Of a DNA stretch of 64,000 nucleotides, positions 26,311-40,109 are shown in pieces. This DNA comes from Camelus dromedarius. Lineage: Eukaryota. Within the stretch, counting starts at the first letter, position 1, and each line of letters begins with the position of its first letter. The stretch lies in assembly GCF_036321535.1 (NCBI RefSeq), contig NC_087437.1, positions 93,436,001 to 93,500,000 of the forward strand, read 5' to 3'. The notes beneath the pieces were generated by a model, which worked only from the letters and a program-made list of their open reading frames with translations, was not told the origin of the DNA and made no database searches. The translations under genes and the position numbers were made by a program.

Positions 26311-27659
26311 TAGGAGAAATTGTGCTTATACATATGATGATACACTTTCATTCCCTAACTAAAAAAGACTTTTAAATGGCATGGGAAATATCCAGTATGG
26401 GCTAGGACTGTAATAACATCATTACAGTTGTCCATATTTTTATGAATAATTTTCAGGTTTGATGTGAAAAATAAGGTACCCAAATATTTTTAAAATATTT
26501 AAAATTTAAAATAATTTACCAGAAAGCACATTCCTTGTGTAACTAAGCTAATATCTGAGTGGGAAGAAAGGGCATTTTCTTTCCCCAATATTAATACATC
26601 TGTATTCAAGGTCACATTTTGTTTGAGCTTTGTCACTTTTCACATGAAATTAATTTTTCTTTGCTGACTATTGTCATAATAATTGGATATCCACTCCATG
26701 GAAAGCAATTCTCTGATGTTCCAGTCAGATCTCTGCATTTAAATAAAAACTTAACAGAGCAGAAAACAGAAGGAAAATGTGAAACTTGAGAAGTGCTGTA
26801 TGTTGCCCTGACTCTGGGTGCGCATGCTTTCTGCAGAGTCGAGTCAGCTCAGCAATGCCTACCCAACCCTTTTGTTTGGTGCCAAAGGTGGTAATTATTG
26901 AGAACCATTTAGTTTTTCTGCCTCTTACTATATATTCTTTGCTTAAATTCCCAAAGCCTTGGAAGCTGCTCAAGATAGCACAGGTCTGGGGGAGCTGAGC
27001 TATACTCATTTGTAACCAAAATAGTTCATTAAACATAAACTGAATGTAGGACTATGGCTGCAGGCAGCTGTCTGGTCATGCTTTGCCACAACCAGATTAT
27101 TTTAAAGTTGGTGTAAATTAAGTAAGTTCCTTTCATGGCAGGATCTTCTGGGCTCAGGCATATTTCAAGAGGGCAGGAAAATAATTAATTCAAGATTCTT
27201 ACAAGATTCACTATACCTGTGAGCACTGCTTTGGAACCATTTATGTTTAAAAAATCTATCATTTTTAATTGGATGGGTGAGGAACATCACTATAGTTCTA
27301 TAACTCTCAGCAACAGATTCAAATAGATAATTTATATGAATTTTGAAAAAGTATTTTAACTGTATCACTACTTAATGGAATATAATGAATATTTTTGGTA
27401 GCCATACTACTATGTTATACTAGGAAATGTGTTTATGTACAAAAAATAAATGTTAAGTGAAATTGGTGAGTAGATGAGCAGGAAAAAAAAGTTGCACGCA
27501 GAAAACTGTTCTTTTTCTGTTTTTTTTGTGAGAGAGAACGTGCTCTCTTGCTTAGTCTATATTATTTCAGACCATTGCTAAATGTGAAAAATTATGTCCA
27601 GTTTCTGATGAAAAAATAATGGTGATAGGATATTTCTACTCAGTTCGAATGACTAATTT

Positions 27660-28100
27660 AATAAATCATATACATTTATGCCTGGAAGGGATATTAAATA
27701 TCATGTAGCACATTATTTCTCAAATTATATTCTGTGAAGTCTCAAAGTTCTAAGCAAAAAATAAAAACAGAAACAGGTTTTGGAATTAAACCATTTAAAC
27801 TGATTTATCTGATGCATGACTTCACACAGTGTTTCATACCATGATGCTCATCAGATCAATAGCACTTCCTAAATTGATTTGGCTTGATGCTGCCATTAAC
27901 ATCCTGAGGGACCCAGTTTTTCTCTTAACTAAAATTCCGTCAGTGAAATGTGGATGTTACAAAGCCCTCATTTATACAGTAAAGAAAACAAGGTACAAGG
28001 AAGCTAACTGGCTGAGCCAAGGCCGCAGAAGGGGTTTACTGGTCATGACAGGTCTTTTAGTTTCTAGAGCTCTAGTCTTTTCTACCACACTATACTTTTC
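27660..28100 (-). mobile_element. MIR with a nested hAT-Charlie-type DNA element (~27710-27955)
   Basis: MIR-like halves 'ctggaagggatattaaatatcatgtag' and 'ccctcatttatacagtaaagaaaac' split by MER103-like sequence. Confidence 0.55.
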
Positions 28101-28859
28101 ATCACCTGAGATGACCAGGACTTTGCTGTGGTGTAGCTATAAATCTCTCCCACTAAACTTAAATCCCATGTTACTAGGTAGCAAGAAGCATCAAAGTGTG
28201 TCAATCCCTCAAATGGTTTTGGCTTTAACAGCAGAGTGGATAAGCTTGTCAACTGCCCTGGGTGTCCGATAAGTTATCTCTCTAGTGACGACCTTTTTAT
28301 GAGTTCAGAAATAATTTTCAGCTGTCACATAAGATGCCTCTCTAACGGTACAAAGAAAAAAACTCTATTTACAGGGAAGAATTTAGCTCCTATGGGAATT
28401 TCAAAACACCTCTCCCTTTACTCTGTTTATAAGCACACATCGCATTCTGGCACATAAATCTTCAAGAAAGTGGAACACATGAGTCCCTCAACAAATGGCA
28501 CAAGGACATTAGGAAGATTCTACAGGGATGTTGCCGAGACACTCTTTTACTCTTCTGAAATACTGATCATTTATTGTTAAGAACCATATACAAGATTGAA
28601 CTGTCTATATTTTCCTGCAAAGGTGTATATCAGAGTCAGATCCACTAGCTGGAGTGTTTTGCTGGTATTTTATATCGTTAATTTGGAGTTGGGATAATTG
28701 ACCATTGTTTACTTATATTGACAAGATTATATCGGTTTTCTTAAATATACACACAGTTTGTATGCTAATGATATTGGGGCATTCATTTTTGGTGGACTTT
28801 TAAAATAAGCTTCTGGTTAAATGATGACTTCCTTAATAGTTAAAAGACTCTCTTCTTTG

Positions 28860-30170
28860 ACTGTATAGTTAAATTATATTAATATATTAGTGTGATAATA
28901 CATGTCATTTTACACGAATGGGATCATGCCACATACAGTAGCAAATTTTGAACAATTCTATTTTTTCTTATGTGCTTGATCATTCTCTTCTCTCCAGATC
29001 TCCCAGGAATAACATGTTGATAGAGCTTTTCATTTTTCTCTCTCTGCTGTATGTTTTTCCCTCTTCCCTGCCTCCTTTCTGCCTGTCCTCCCTCCCCACC
29101 TTCTTTCTGTCTTTCATGTTTTGTCTTTCTGTCTTTCTATTCTTTCTATCATCATAATCTATCTCTATGCATTTTCTTACTATTATCTTTTAAAACAATG
29201 GAATCATAATAAACTCAGTCTCTATATCTTCCTTCTTTCCCCCAACAAATACCTTGTGCAAATCCTTCCAAAACAGCAATTATTGTTATAAATCATGTTA
29301 ACCAATGGTTCTATAACTTTCCATGTTCTAGATGTACTATGCATTTTCAACACTCCCTTATTAATGAACATTTATTTTATTTTCTTTGTTCAGACTTTGA
29401 TTATTCTCCAATAGATACCACTTCACAGCATCAATTCTGCTTAACAACAGTGATTTACTAAATACTCACTTTTCTTTCTATGAGTAGATTCCTACAAGTG
29501 AAATATAAGCAAAGCTATGAAGGTTTTAAAAGCACGACTCTTCGTTCCTGCAGGTTCCCTGCATTCAAACCCCCTTTGGCATTTTCTCAGACAAGTTGTT
29601 TATCATTTTTCGGCCTCAATTCTCTTATCTGTAAAATGGACTAATAGTAGTAAATCCGTCAGAGAACTGCTATGAGATTTAAATGAGCCAATTACATAAA
29701 GTGATTAGAGTAAATGAGTGACACAAAATAAGCTTCATCCAAGTGCTGTCATTATCATTACTCCTGCAGGACTGAAGGGTGTGTGTCTTTTAAATTTTGA
29801 TACATATCGCCACATTGCTTTCCAAAAAAGGTTGTGAAATTTAACACTTCTGTCAACTATTTATGATACAACCTTTTCCCCAACATCTGCACCAGTAATG
29901 TGTTAGCACTCTTTTAATTGCTTTTTCTAAAAAAAATGAGTGTTAAATATTACCTAATTTTAGTGAAATTTTTAATCTCCTTATTATTGTTACTTGAGCA
30001 TCTTTTAATATATTTTGTTATTTTGTACATTTTTAATTTAATTTTCTATAAAGTTTTTCTCCATATTTTTAAAAAGCTAAACTCATTATCCCAATTGTAA
30101 TTTTCCCCTAAATGTATCAGTTTGACTAATAACATTAAAATGTTTAAAAGTTGTATAGCCAAGATCATCT
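28860..30170 (-). mobile_element. Old L1M/L1ME 3' region fragments
   Basis: Decayed antisense L1 3' text, e.g. 'gagtagattcctacaagtgaaat', 'cacattgctttccaaaaaaggttgtg'. Confidence 0.65.
29525..29760 (+). mobile_element. MIR SINE
   Basis: 'ggcctcaattctcttatctgtaaaatggactaatagtagt...tgagatttaaatgag'. Confidence 0.85.
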
Positions 30171-30185
30171 ATTTATATATATATA

Positions 30186-31137
30186 TTTTTTTTTTATTGT
30201 ATAGTCGGTTTACAATGTTGTGTCAAATTCTGGTGTACAGCATAATGCTTCAGTCATATATGAGCATACACATACTCACTTTCATATTCTCTTTCACCGT
30301 AGGTTACTACAAGATATTGAATATAGTTCCCTGTGCTATATATACAGTATGAACTTGTTGGTTATCTATTTTATATGTATTAGTTAGTATCTGCAAATCT
30401 TGAGCTCCCAATTTATCTCTTCCCACTCCCTTCTCCCCCTCGTAACCATAAGTTTGTTTTCTATGTCTGTAAGTCTGTTTCTGTTTTGTAAATAAGTTTG
30501 TCTTTTTTTTTTAAGATTCTGCATATTAGTAATATCATATGGTATTTTTCTTTCTCTTTCTGGCTTACTTCACTTAGAATGGCAATCTCCAGGTCCACCC
30601 ATGTTGCTGCAAATGACATTTATTTTATTCTTTTTTATGGCTAAGTAGTATTCCATTGTATAAATATACCACAACTTCTTCGTCCAGTCATAAGAGAATA
30701 CTATGAACAACTATATGGTAATAAATTGGACAACTTAGAAGAAATGGACAAGTTTCTGGAAATGTACAGTCCACCAAAACTAAATCAAGAAGAAATAGAT
30801 CATTTGAACAGATCAATCATTAGAAATGAAATAGAATCAGCAATGAAAAATTCCCTGCAAACAAAAGTCCAGGATGAGATGACTTCACCAGGGAGTACTA
30901 TCATACAAAGAAGAGCTCATACCAGTTCTTCTCAAACTCTTCCAAAAGGTTGAAGAGGAGGGAATACTCCCAAATTCATTCTATGAAGCCACCATCACTC
31001 TAATACCAAAGCCAGACAAAGAGACTACCAAAAAAGAAAACTATAGGCCAATACCATTGATGAACCTAGAAGCAAGAATCCTCAACAAAATATTAGCAGA
31101 CAGAATCTAGTAACATATAAAATAAATCAGACAGCAT
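30186..31137 (-). mobile_element. Young L1 with 5' inversion
   Basis: Poly-T and antisense 3' UTR (30186-30691) fused to a sense ORF2 segment (30688-31137; [47 protein letters not shown]). Confidence 0.9.
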
Positions 31138-31139
31138 TT

Positions 31140-31710
31140 ATTATAGAGCTAATTTGGCTCCACCACCAAGGCGATATACTTACTAGGATTTTTCCTTGAT
31201 GTTCTCTCTATTAAGAGGTCTTTTTATTCTGCCTGGTTTGAGCACAAACCCTATGTAACACATGGGGATTTTCTGGTGATTCCTTTCCAGAGGTTTTTTT
31301 CCTCACCTTTGGGTAGTTACTTCTCTTACATGCACAAATCAATACTCACACAAAAGAATCAAGATGATTGTTTTGTAGCTTCCCAGAATTCCTTGTGTAG
31401 CTCCCTCCTCTTCAATATTTCAATCCACTGACTCCAGCTTCCCTGGCTCCCCCAACCATGCACTCTTTTCAGCTCAGAGACTACTGGGCTCTGTTTCAGT
31501 TAATCCTTGAATGCATTCTGAATGCTTTCTCTAGGCTGTAACTGGGGCCATTGTAGTGTCCACCTTATTTATCTTACTTCTTTCCTTGTTCTGCCTCTCG
31601 TCCAAGATCTGAAAGTGATTATTTTCATATATCATATTCCAGTTTTCTAATTGTTTAGTGTGTAAATTTGGTCCCTGTTTTTCCATCATGGCTGTAAGAG
31701 AAATTTATAA
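31140..31710 (-). mobile_element. Old L1M/HAL1-type 5' end fragment
   Basis: 'taggctgtaactggggccattgtagtgtccacctt...ccagttttctaattgttta...tccatcatggc'. Confidence 0.6.
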
Positions 31711-34500
31711 TTGCTAGTGTTTTCAGAATTTTTCTTTTCTTAGTTAAATTTTGTTTTCTTTTATTCTTATTATATTTAGAATATATTTATTATATATATA
31801 ATAAACTGACATATATTTCAGTTTACTCTTCATCTGTTAGTAAGAATCTGTAGTTTTGCTCTTTATTTGTTACTGGTATATTTTGCATTGACATATTTCT
31901 CTAATATTGTAACATTTTTCTCTTTCTAGTAATAAGTATCTGTTAGCTATAATACAGCATTTTTAAACATATGGCTGGATCATATTTGGTATTCTTTTAT
32001 TTAGAATATTAGCATCTACATTCATAAGTGAGTTTTAGCTCTTTATAGTCCCCTTTTTAAATTTGTAATATTAGTACTTAGTTTATTATTTTTCTTCATT
32101 AATGAAAAAGACATTTAATGATGATAATAACTAGTCACAGCTTATACTTTTTCTCACAATTTTTGTAGGAGACATTCTCTTTTATATTGTTACTTTGATA
32201 ATTTATAATTTCCATTTTTATATTGCCCTTAATTTAAGGACTATTAAGGGTTGTCTCTTAATTTCTTATATTCAGGGAATTTTAATTTTTTCAGTCATAT
32301 TGAAATGCTCTCAGAAAATATTGTCTGTAAATCTCATTTATTTAACTGGATGAATTTGGGTGGGCAACAAGATTTGTTTTTCAAAATGCTCTGTGGTCAT
32401 TCAAAATAATATATAGATTCTTTGGCTGAGATATATAAAGTTTTCATGCATGTTAAATCAATGTTTTGATTATATTTTTATATCATTTTTGACCTTACTT
32501 ATTCTGATGTAATAAATTCTAACTGATCTGGGAAATATATTATATTTTTCCTATATTTTCCTTTCATTTTGGTTGGATTTTACTATTTCTAGCTTCAAAA
32601 TTATTTGTGAAAAGGGTTTTGCCTTTTATCTCTCATTCTTCATATGTGTACAAACATATACATCTGTATACTTTTATTATTATTATTATATTCTATGTAT
32701 TCTTTTGCTGTTTAATGTTAAAGTCTATCTTGTCTGATATTAATATTATAATACTAATTTGTATTTATGTTTACTTAATATCCTTTTGTTTATCCATCTA
32801 TTTCAAGCTTTAAGTAAAATTTCAGTATGACAATCTTCAAGTTTCAATGGAGAATTCAGGATAGTAAGATATATGCTTGATATTATTCTTTCCACCTAAA
32901 TTAATATTAAGATTCATTTCATTTTTGTTGTTTCTATTTTCTTCCCTGTTTTATATGTTCTAATAATATTGTAACTCTTCCTTTTATTTTCCTGTGTTAA
33001 TTTGGGAAATTGCCTCTTTACTTTCCCTTTGTTAATGATTGCTTTCCAGTGTTTAGAATCAAATAAATAATTATTTACTTATATATAAAAGTGGAATTTC
33101 ATATTTCCCCACAATATTCTTTCTCATATGTTCCCCATTTCCTTTCTTTCTCACTGCCCTATAACGTAAAACATTTGTAATATTTTCATATCTCAACTCT
33201 TTTATTGTTTTACCTCTTCCCCCTTATAAAAACATTGGATTGCTTTCTTTCTTCTTTCCCTAAAATTTGCTCTCCTTGATTTTGTATCTTTGCTCTCAAG
33301 TAGCATTAGCATTTTTATTGCTATCTATTTTTCCCATTGCAAGAATCTTTCAATACTTATGCCCCATTTAGATTTAACTTTAAAGTTATCTTTTTCTCTG
33401 TTACGATTTCTGTGCTTATTCACTTTGCTGTTTTGTTTCAGTTTATCTTCTCAGATGAGTTGTGTGGGTAGAAATTTTATTCTACATAGATTCCTTCTGT
33501 TTGTAGGTTTATAATACATTCTCTTTATACATATGTTTCAGAAAGTTTATCAAGATATATCTTATTTTAAAAAAAATCAATCCCAACTGGAAATCTATGA
33601 GTCCTTTCAGTTTGCAGAACCAAACTATATCTTTTTGCCCCATATTTTTCTTATCTATTAAACTCTCTTATTTATCTTGTATTTGGTCTTTCATATCTAT
33701 CCTCTGAGTCAGAATTTATGTTTTTTATTTGGTTGTTTTGGTTCCATTCTTTATTGTATGTCTTGAACTTAATGTTCCATATCTTTAATTTGTATTTTAA
33801 TCTTCTTCAATTCATCAGCTGATTTGTTTTCATTTAATAAGCATTTTTTTGTAATTTCTATAAAATTTAATTTGAATGCTCTCTAGTTTCCTTAATTGCT
33901 TATATTATTCTGGCCCAAGTCTCTTGTTCTTTTCTGCTCTGTTTCAAAAACTTATTGAGAATGTCTTTTGCATGTTACATTCTTGGGAAATTTCAGACTG
34001 GCACCTAACCTAACCCCAGGACTACTTAAATGATGACACATGTGGTAGAGTTCTCTTTTTCTGTGGGCTTGCCTGTTGCCAATATCTTATAGAGGTGTCA
34101 TAAGGCTCTCACCCTTCTCCTTGCTCCCACTTTCCAGCATTGAAGAGAATTAGTTCTTCTTTTAAAGCTTCTTCAATAATGCTGGGGCTAGGTAAAAGAG
34201 ACACAGTAATTCTAGCAGAGGTTAGCTTTCTGCCAGTGTACAATAGATTTGTGATCTTAACTCTCCCCAGGAGCCAGTGGCAATATTCCGTAGTACTTCC
34301 TCCTGGTTAGAAGAAAGAGATTCAGTAATGTTTCTCTCCTTCAGGACTCAAATAGAAACTTCAAACTTCTCATGTACATTTCTGCAACACCTGCCTTCCA
34401 GGCCCTGCCTTAGCTTGGCTCAGAAGAGGCAGATGGTTTGAAATTCGCAGTGGAGGGATATGAATATGGATTCAAACTGTCATGTTTCCAGAATCCTCTT
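31710..34500 (-). mobile_element. Highly decayed old L1/HAL1-like sequence
   Basis: T-rich tract with scattered antisense L1 words ('gcatctacattcataagtgag', 'aagtctatcttgtctgatattaatatt'). Confidence 0.45.
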
Positions 34501-34701
34501 CAAATTGCTTTAAATTTATCTATCACTTTGATATAAACAAACAAACAAATAAATAAATATATTTGTATAATATCTAATTATGAAAATTTTCTCATTATTT
34601 TTCCTTTATCTAGAATCTCTAACATTTACTGCTTCCCTATGCTATTATTTTTACTTTTATGATTCTTAAAGAGAATTTGTGGTTTTTTAAGCAATATTAC
34701 T

Positions 34702-35019
34702 ATTTTTTTATTGAAGTATAGTCAGTTTACAATGTTGTGTTAATTTCTGGTGTACAGCATAGTGAATCAGTTGTACATATGTATTTCTTTTCATATTCTT
34801 TTTCATTATAGGCTATTACAAGATATTGAATGTAATTTGAATGTAGTTCCCTATGCTGTACAGTAGAACCTTGCTGTTTATGTATTTTATGTATAGTATA
34901 TAGTATCTGCAAGTCCCAAACTCCCAATTTATTCCTCCACTCCCCCTGCCTCCTTGGTAACCATAAGTTTGTTTTCTATGTCTGTGAGTCTGTTTCTGTT
35001 TTGTAAATAAGTTTATTTA
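34702..35019 (-). mobile_element. Young L1 3' UTR fragment (5'-truncated)
   Basis: Closely similar to 30186-30500 ('ggtaaccataagtttgttttctatgtctgtgagtctgtttctgttttgtaaataag'). Confidence 0.92.
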
Positions 35020-36329
35020 GTGCAAGATTTAGTAAAAAACAATTTGCATGGATAATATGTATAAAAATTTTACTCTCATTTGCACCCATTGGAACCAATA
35101 TTTTTTTATGATGCTTTTATCCTTATATGTGATGTCTCTTCTTTTTGATAGTAATGAAAGCCTAAAGAAAGTTACTAAATGTTTAGCTTTATTTGTGCAA
35201 TAGTTTATTAAAACTCACTTGGTAAATAATTTTTTTTAGTAAAACATTTTAAAGATTTGTGTGAATTAATCTATCTTCATAGATAATATGTTACTGAAAT
35301 AAAATTTGTTTTAATAATTATAAACTTGTGGTCTGAGAACAATTTATGATCTCTATCTTGCACTGCAAATTGATGAATTACTTAACTGTTCTAGATTAAA
35401 CATTTGCCCTTTTACATGTAAATTTACCATCTTTCAGCGGAATTAACTGACCATAGAGTATCATTTTTGAAGATTATAAGCAGAAAATAAAACCCCAGTT
35501 ATTTATTAAAAGCCAACAAATAGCTTAAGCAATTTCTAACTCTAGTTACATATGAGAAATTATTTTTAGAATCATGTAGTACTAGAAAAAGCTCTGCTTC
35601 TCTGAGAAACTGGAATATGTTTTAATGACAATGAACATTTTTGTAATTGGTAGTATTTTCTTTTCTGTTGGTCAACTGGAGCTAAGATTCTATGTGTGGA
35701 TCAATTCTCGCAACATGTTGGCTTTTAGATCCACACATGTGTACACTGTGACTTTGGTTCCACAACACTTCCTCTTCCCATGTCCTTGTTGACTCTGACT
35801 TCACAGTTGACTTTATATTTTCCTGTTGAATTTTCCCATATGTTGTGGAATTAGGAGAAGTATAAAAAACTAAATATATGATAAAGTAGTTACTGAAAAG
35901 CAAAAATGAAAATAGAGTATGTCTTAGAAACCACTTTTATTCACAAGTTATACTTTATTATATTCATGAAACAATTCCAAGGATATATTAAGAGTTAGAA
36001 CCTTTCAGAATATGTAGGGACTATTTCATCAATCCGTCCAGTCTCTTTTGGCAGATTGGTTAGTTAGACGTCTTTCAAGACAAACCTAACGATGTGCTCC
36101 ACATACTCTAAAGTCACGGTGTTAAATTTACTAGGAAATTACCACCAAACAAACAAATAAAAAAAATAATAACTGACAACCACTGCATTGTTTTTCTGTG
36201 GGTATTCTCTCCTACTCAGGCACACACAATCATATAATCCATATATTTCTATTTTATAGAAACATTGAAAGAAGATAAATGAGATAAATCATATTTTTCT
36301 AGGGTTTATTCCTCTCAGTTGTTAGGTAA

Positions 36330-36900
36330 TTCTATCTTCATAGATTCAGAACTCAACTATTCATCCTTAAAACTGAGTAAGAGTGATCTTTCTAAATTCA
36401 AATTTAAATCATGTAAGTTTTCTGCTTAAAATTATTTATTGTATCTTCCTATATATAATTTAAAATTCAGACTTCTTTGCATAGTAAAAACTTCTCCATT
36501 AGTGGGTACTTGTCACCTGTCTGGGTTAATTTTCGGGAACTCTTCTCCACAAACTTTATAATTCAACAATAATAAATTACGTGCCATTTCCCATACACAG
36601 CACATTCTATCTTACTTTACCCACAAAAATAGTCATTTTATCTTCTGGAAGTATCTTTCTTTGCTGTACAACCTGATATATTCAACCTTAGCTCCTATGG
36701 ACAGACTTCTTGAATTCCATAGAAGATGTTAGTTAACTGTGACTTTCTGTTACCATGACTGTACATGCATTTTGGGAAATGGTTTGTCACCTAAACATGT
36801 GTCACATCACCTCTATATTATTATGAAAGCTTTAGTCTCCTTGACTTCCATAAATTCTTTGTTCAAGTTTGTTAGTAGTTGATAATGTATTGCATGAAAT
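36330..36900 (+). mobile_element. L2 fragment
   Basis: 'agagtgatctttctaaattcaaatttaaatcatgt...ctgcttaaaa'. Confidence 0.6.
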
Positions 36901-37369
36901 TTTTAGCTGCTTTGAATAAGGTGAGCACTCTCTGAAAAGAGAAAATAGTCTAGGTTAGAAGAAAGGGCAGGAGAAGCAACTCAGCAGTGAGATGAGTTAG
37001 AACGTATCCTCCACGCACAGAACATTCTGTAACAAACTGAGGCAAATGAAACATTGCCACTTTTGTTATGCCCTCAGAAAGAACAGAAAGCAAGCAACAG
37101 AGAATCTGTGTAAAATTAGTGGAATCTGAATTAGAGGGAGTAGGGATGGAGGTGTACATTTTGATTGTTGTTTTGTAGCATGGACCTACCATCTTTAAAC
37201 ATGGTTTTGATGCAGAGACTTGGAAACAGTAACAAATGCCATAGACACTAACAAATTTAACTCTAGAAGTATTGAATTTCTTAGAACACAGAGATGGTCC
37301 TCTGCCTGGGGAAACACAGTAGGTGAGAGACAGCTTACCGCTATGATAGTGTTTATCACTTTCTATTAA

Positions 37370-37515
37370 AATCAATAGTTTGTCTGTGCTCCCTTTATAT
37401 AATTCCTTGAGGGAGAATGCCTTGACTATATCTTTGCATCCTTAGAATCTTGTGCAATATTGAAATGTTGAGTGAAAGTATGAATGACTGAGAGAACAAA
37501 TGAATGAATAACTGA
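37370..37515 (+). mobile_element. L2 3' end
   Basis: 'ataattccttgagggagaa...tatctttgcatcctta...aatgttgagtgaa...tgaatgaat'. Confidence 0.7.
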
Positions 37516-38764
37516 ATTAATATATTGCACTGGTACTTATTTCTGCCAGTGGAGGGAAAATAAACATTGTTTGTTAAGAATTGGAGCACTAGAGAGTATT
37601 TGAATGCTGGGCTGCACTACAGAAGGGATGTGGATTCCATTCAAAAAACAAAATTTAACGTAGCAAAGAATAATCACCAAGATGACACAAGGAATAGATA
37701 CCTTGTATTATCAAGAAATTGATATCATTAAGGCAAATGGTATTTAGGACTTCTACAAAGCTTGAACCATAGCTACTATTGAAAATCCATCATATTATCT
37801 GGCAGAGGAAATGCAAGTGAGGTATTAGATGCTGGGGTGATGATTTAGTTTCTTCATGCTGAGCGAGATACATGAACAACATGTCTTTCTTTGTCATATA
37901 CATAAGCTATTTCTGCTAAAAGCATATGAAGAATAAATATATTTTCAGCTATCAGCTGCCTTAACTTCCCTGCAGAATCTCCGAAAGTTTAGTCTTTTCC
38001 TAATTAGATCCTTACTTTTCAATGATCTCTATTATGTGCATAAATTCAGACCTCTTACTGAAAGAATTGCTTTGGATGAAAAAAGTGATGATGCTAAATA
38101 TGATACACACTTAAACGTCTTTATCTGAAGTCATTGTCTATAACTCAATATTAATTTTTGGCAAATATTGCATCCTTCTCTGTGTTCTTTCTTTTTTTAA
38201 TATCTGTATGTAGCAAAGTAATTCCTTCATTATTTAACATATTATAAACTTTACAGGTAGTCTACCTTAATCTCATGTTCTGACTGTTTTTATATGCTAA
38301 GGAGGAGAATGTTGAGACTAGAAGGGTGACCACAGAAAATGAGAGCTGTAGGACATGCATCAGGAGATAGAAGACCAGGCAATCTGTTCACCACTGACAT
38401 CCCAGTAAATGGTGTTTGTTTCTTAAAGATTCCCTAATTAAAGCAAAATTAGCATTTTAAAATATATATCACAATAAATATTCCTTTATATTAAAAAAAA
38501 GTGGGTCCCCTGGTGTCTGAGCCATGCATATTAGAAATACATCTCATTGTAATGGATCATGTGATTCTTAAAGTGGTTACAATAAAGTGAATGTCTGTGA
38601 AAAAATAAAGTAAAATAGAGCAGTTTTCATCCACAGATGAAATAATGTCTTTAATAATATCTTTCTTCTAAGTTTACTAAGAATAAAGAAGAGTAAAATT
38701 TTCCTTCATTATTTATTACAACTCTCCTTTTGATTGGAGTGTTTTAAAATAAAGGCATTAGTTT

Positions 38765-39230
38765 CTATTTTTCTTTAATGTTTTTACCATAATAATATCC
38801 AAACATACGTTACAGTGAGAAAATATTTAATTTAATAAACATACATATACTCACAAGGTATCTAATGATTGGACTGAACATTTGGACTTGTTTGCTACTT
38901 TTTTTGCTAATGTATTTAAAATAAAGATATCATGGCATTTTACCCTTAAATATTTACAGTATTCATCTATAATAAATATGAACATTTTCTGTATAACCAC
39001 AGCACTGTTGACTCATAAAAAGTTAAAAGTATTTTCCTGAGATCATCTACTATCAAGTCTATATTAAGATGTTAATGATTGTCCCCCCAGTATTTTTTTA
39101 TAGCTGTTTTATTTAAACTAATTTTTATTAAGACCAGCATGCTAACAAGGATGACACATCAACTTTTGTTATGTTTCTTCAGTCCCTTTTAATCTAAAGT
39201 AGTCCTAACAAGGGATTTTATAATGAGAGT
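38765..39230 (-). mobile_element. Old L1ME-type 3' end
   Basis: 'catggcattttacccttaaatattt', 'aacattttctgtataaccacagcac'. Confidence 0.65.
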
Positions 39231-39299
39231 TATTGAAACATTCTAAGTAGAAATACTTTAGAGGCAAATCCCTCTGCATCTTGTTGGGGGGCTGAAGTT

Positions 39300-39455
39300 T
39301 GTAGCAGCTGTGGGAGGCCGTTGCTCAGATCTCCTTGCCACAGAAACCCTGCTGTGGAGTGTTCTTAGCTGACAGCCTCCAGTGGCTGTACATTTGGGAT
39401 TCATCTCAGCTTTCACTCGAAGGCCTTATTCTCCCCAGGTTACTCTCAGCCAATT
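39300..39455 (+). mobile_element. LTR16-like (ERVL) LTR 5' fragment
   Basis: 'tgtagcagctgtgggaggccgttgctcagatc...agctgacagcctccag'. Confidence 0.7.
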
Positions 39456-40109
39456 TCTTACATATCCAATTCCGTCTTGGTGACTTTTGGAGGTCCTGAA
39501 ATGATTTTTTTAAAATGTGGTACAGGGAATATGGAAAATTCTCTTCATACTCATTTTGATCTCTCTTTTTCTCATTAAGAACTATCAGTGTGTGTGTGTA
39601 TAAAATAAATTATAAATATATTATAATTATATATAAGAAAGTATAAATTATATATAAGAAATTTTATTATATATATAAATATATGAAAATGAATGGAAAG
39701 CAATTTATGCGTTATAAGCAAATATATGTATTACCTTCCATTTCATTTGTTTTATATATGCTTTCCATTTTTATTTCGACAGGACATAATGGATGAATAA
39801 TATTTTAGTGAATTAGAGGTTAAAAATAAGGGTTACGTCTTCTCCCTGCTAAGGGGTCTTATTTATATTTTCACACTCACTATTACAAACTTCGGATAAA
39901 TAGTAAATAGGAATAAAATATTGAATAATAGCACTTACCACTATCAGGGAAATGTCATTTTTAATTGTCAGATTAGGGCTCTATTTATTGTTTCACTGAG
40001 GGGTGTGGTAATATATTAATGAGAACAATATTATATGAAGTTATTAGTTAAGCTTCAATTTTTGTTATATAAATGTACAATTTAAATGTGCTTTTATCTC
40101 CCCATGCGA

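Noticed and set aside
27829..28272. 147-aa ORF
   Set aside because: Runs across DNA-transposon and MIR relics; GTG start; no homology recognised
36950..37375. 141-aa minus-strand ORF
   Set aside because: No recognisable protein features or splice context
39595..39775. AT-rich inverted repeats / hairpin
   Set aside because: Low-complexity TA-rich sequence pairs by chance; no defined termini or TSD
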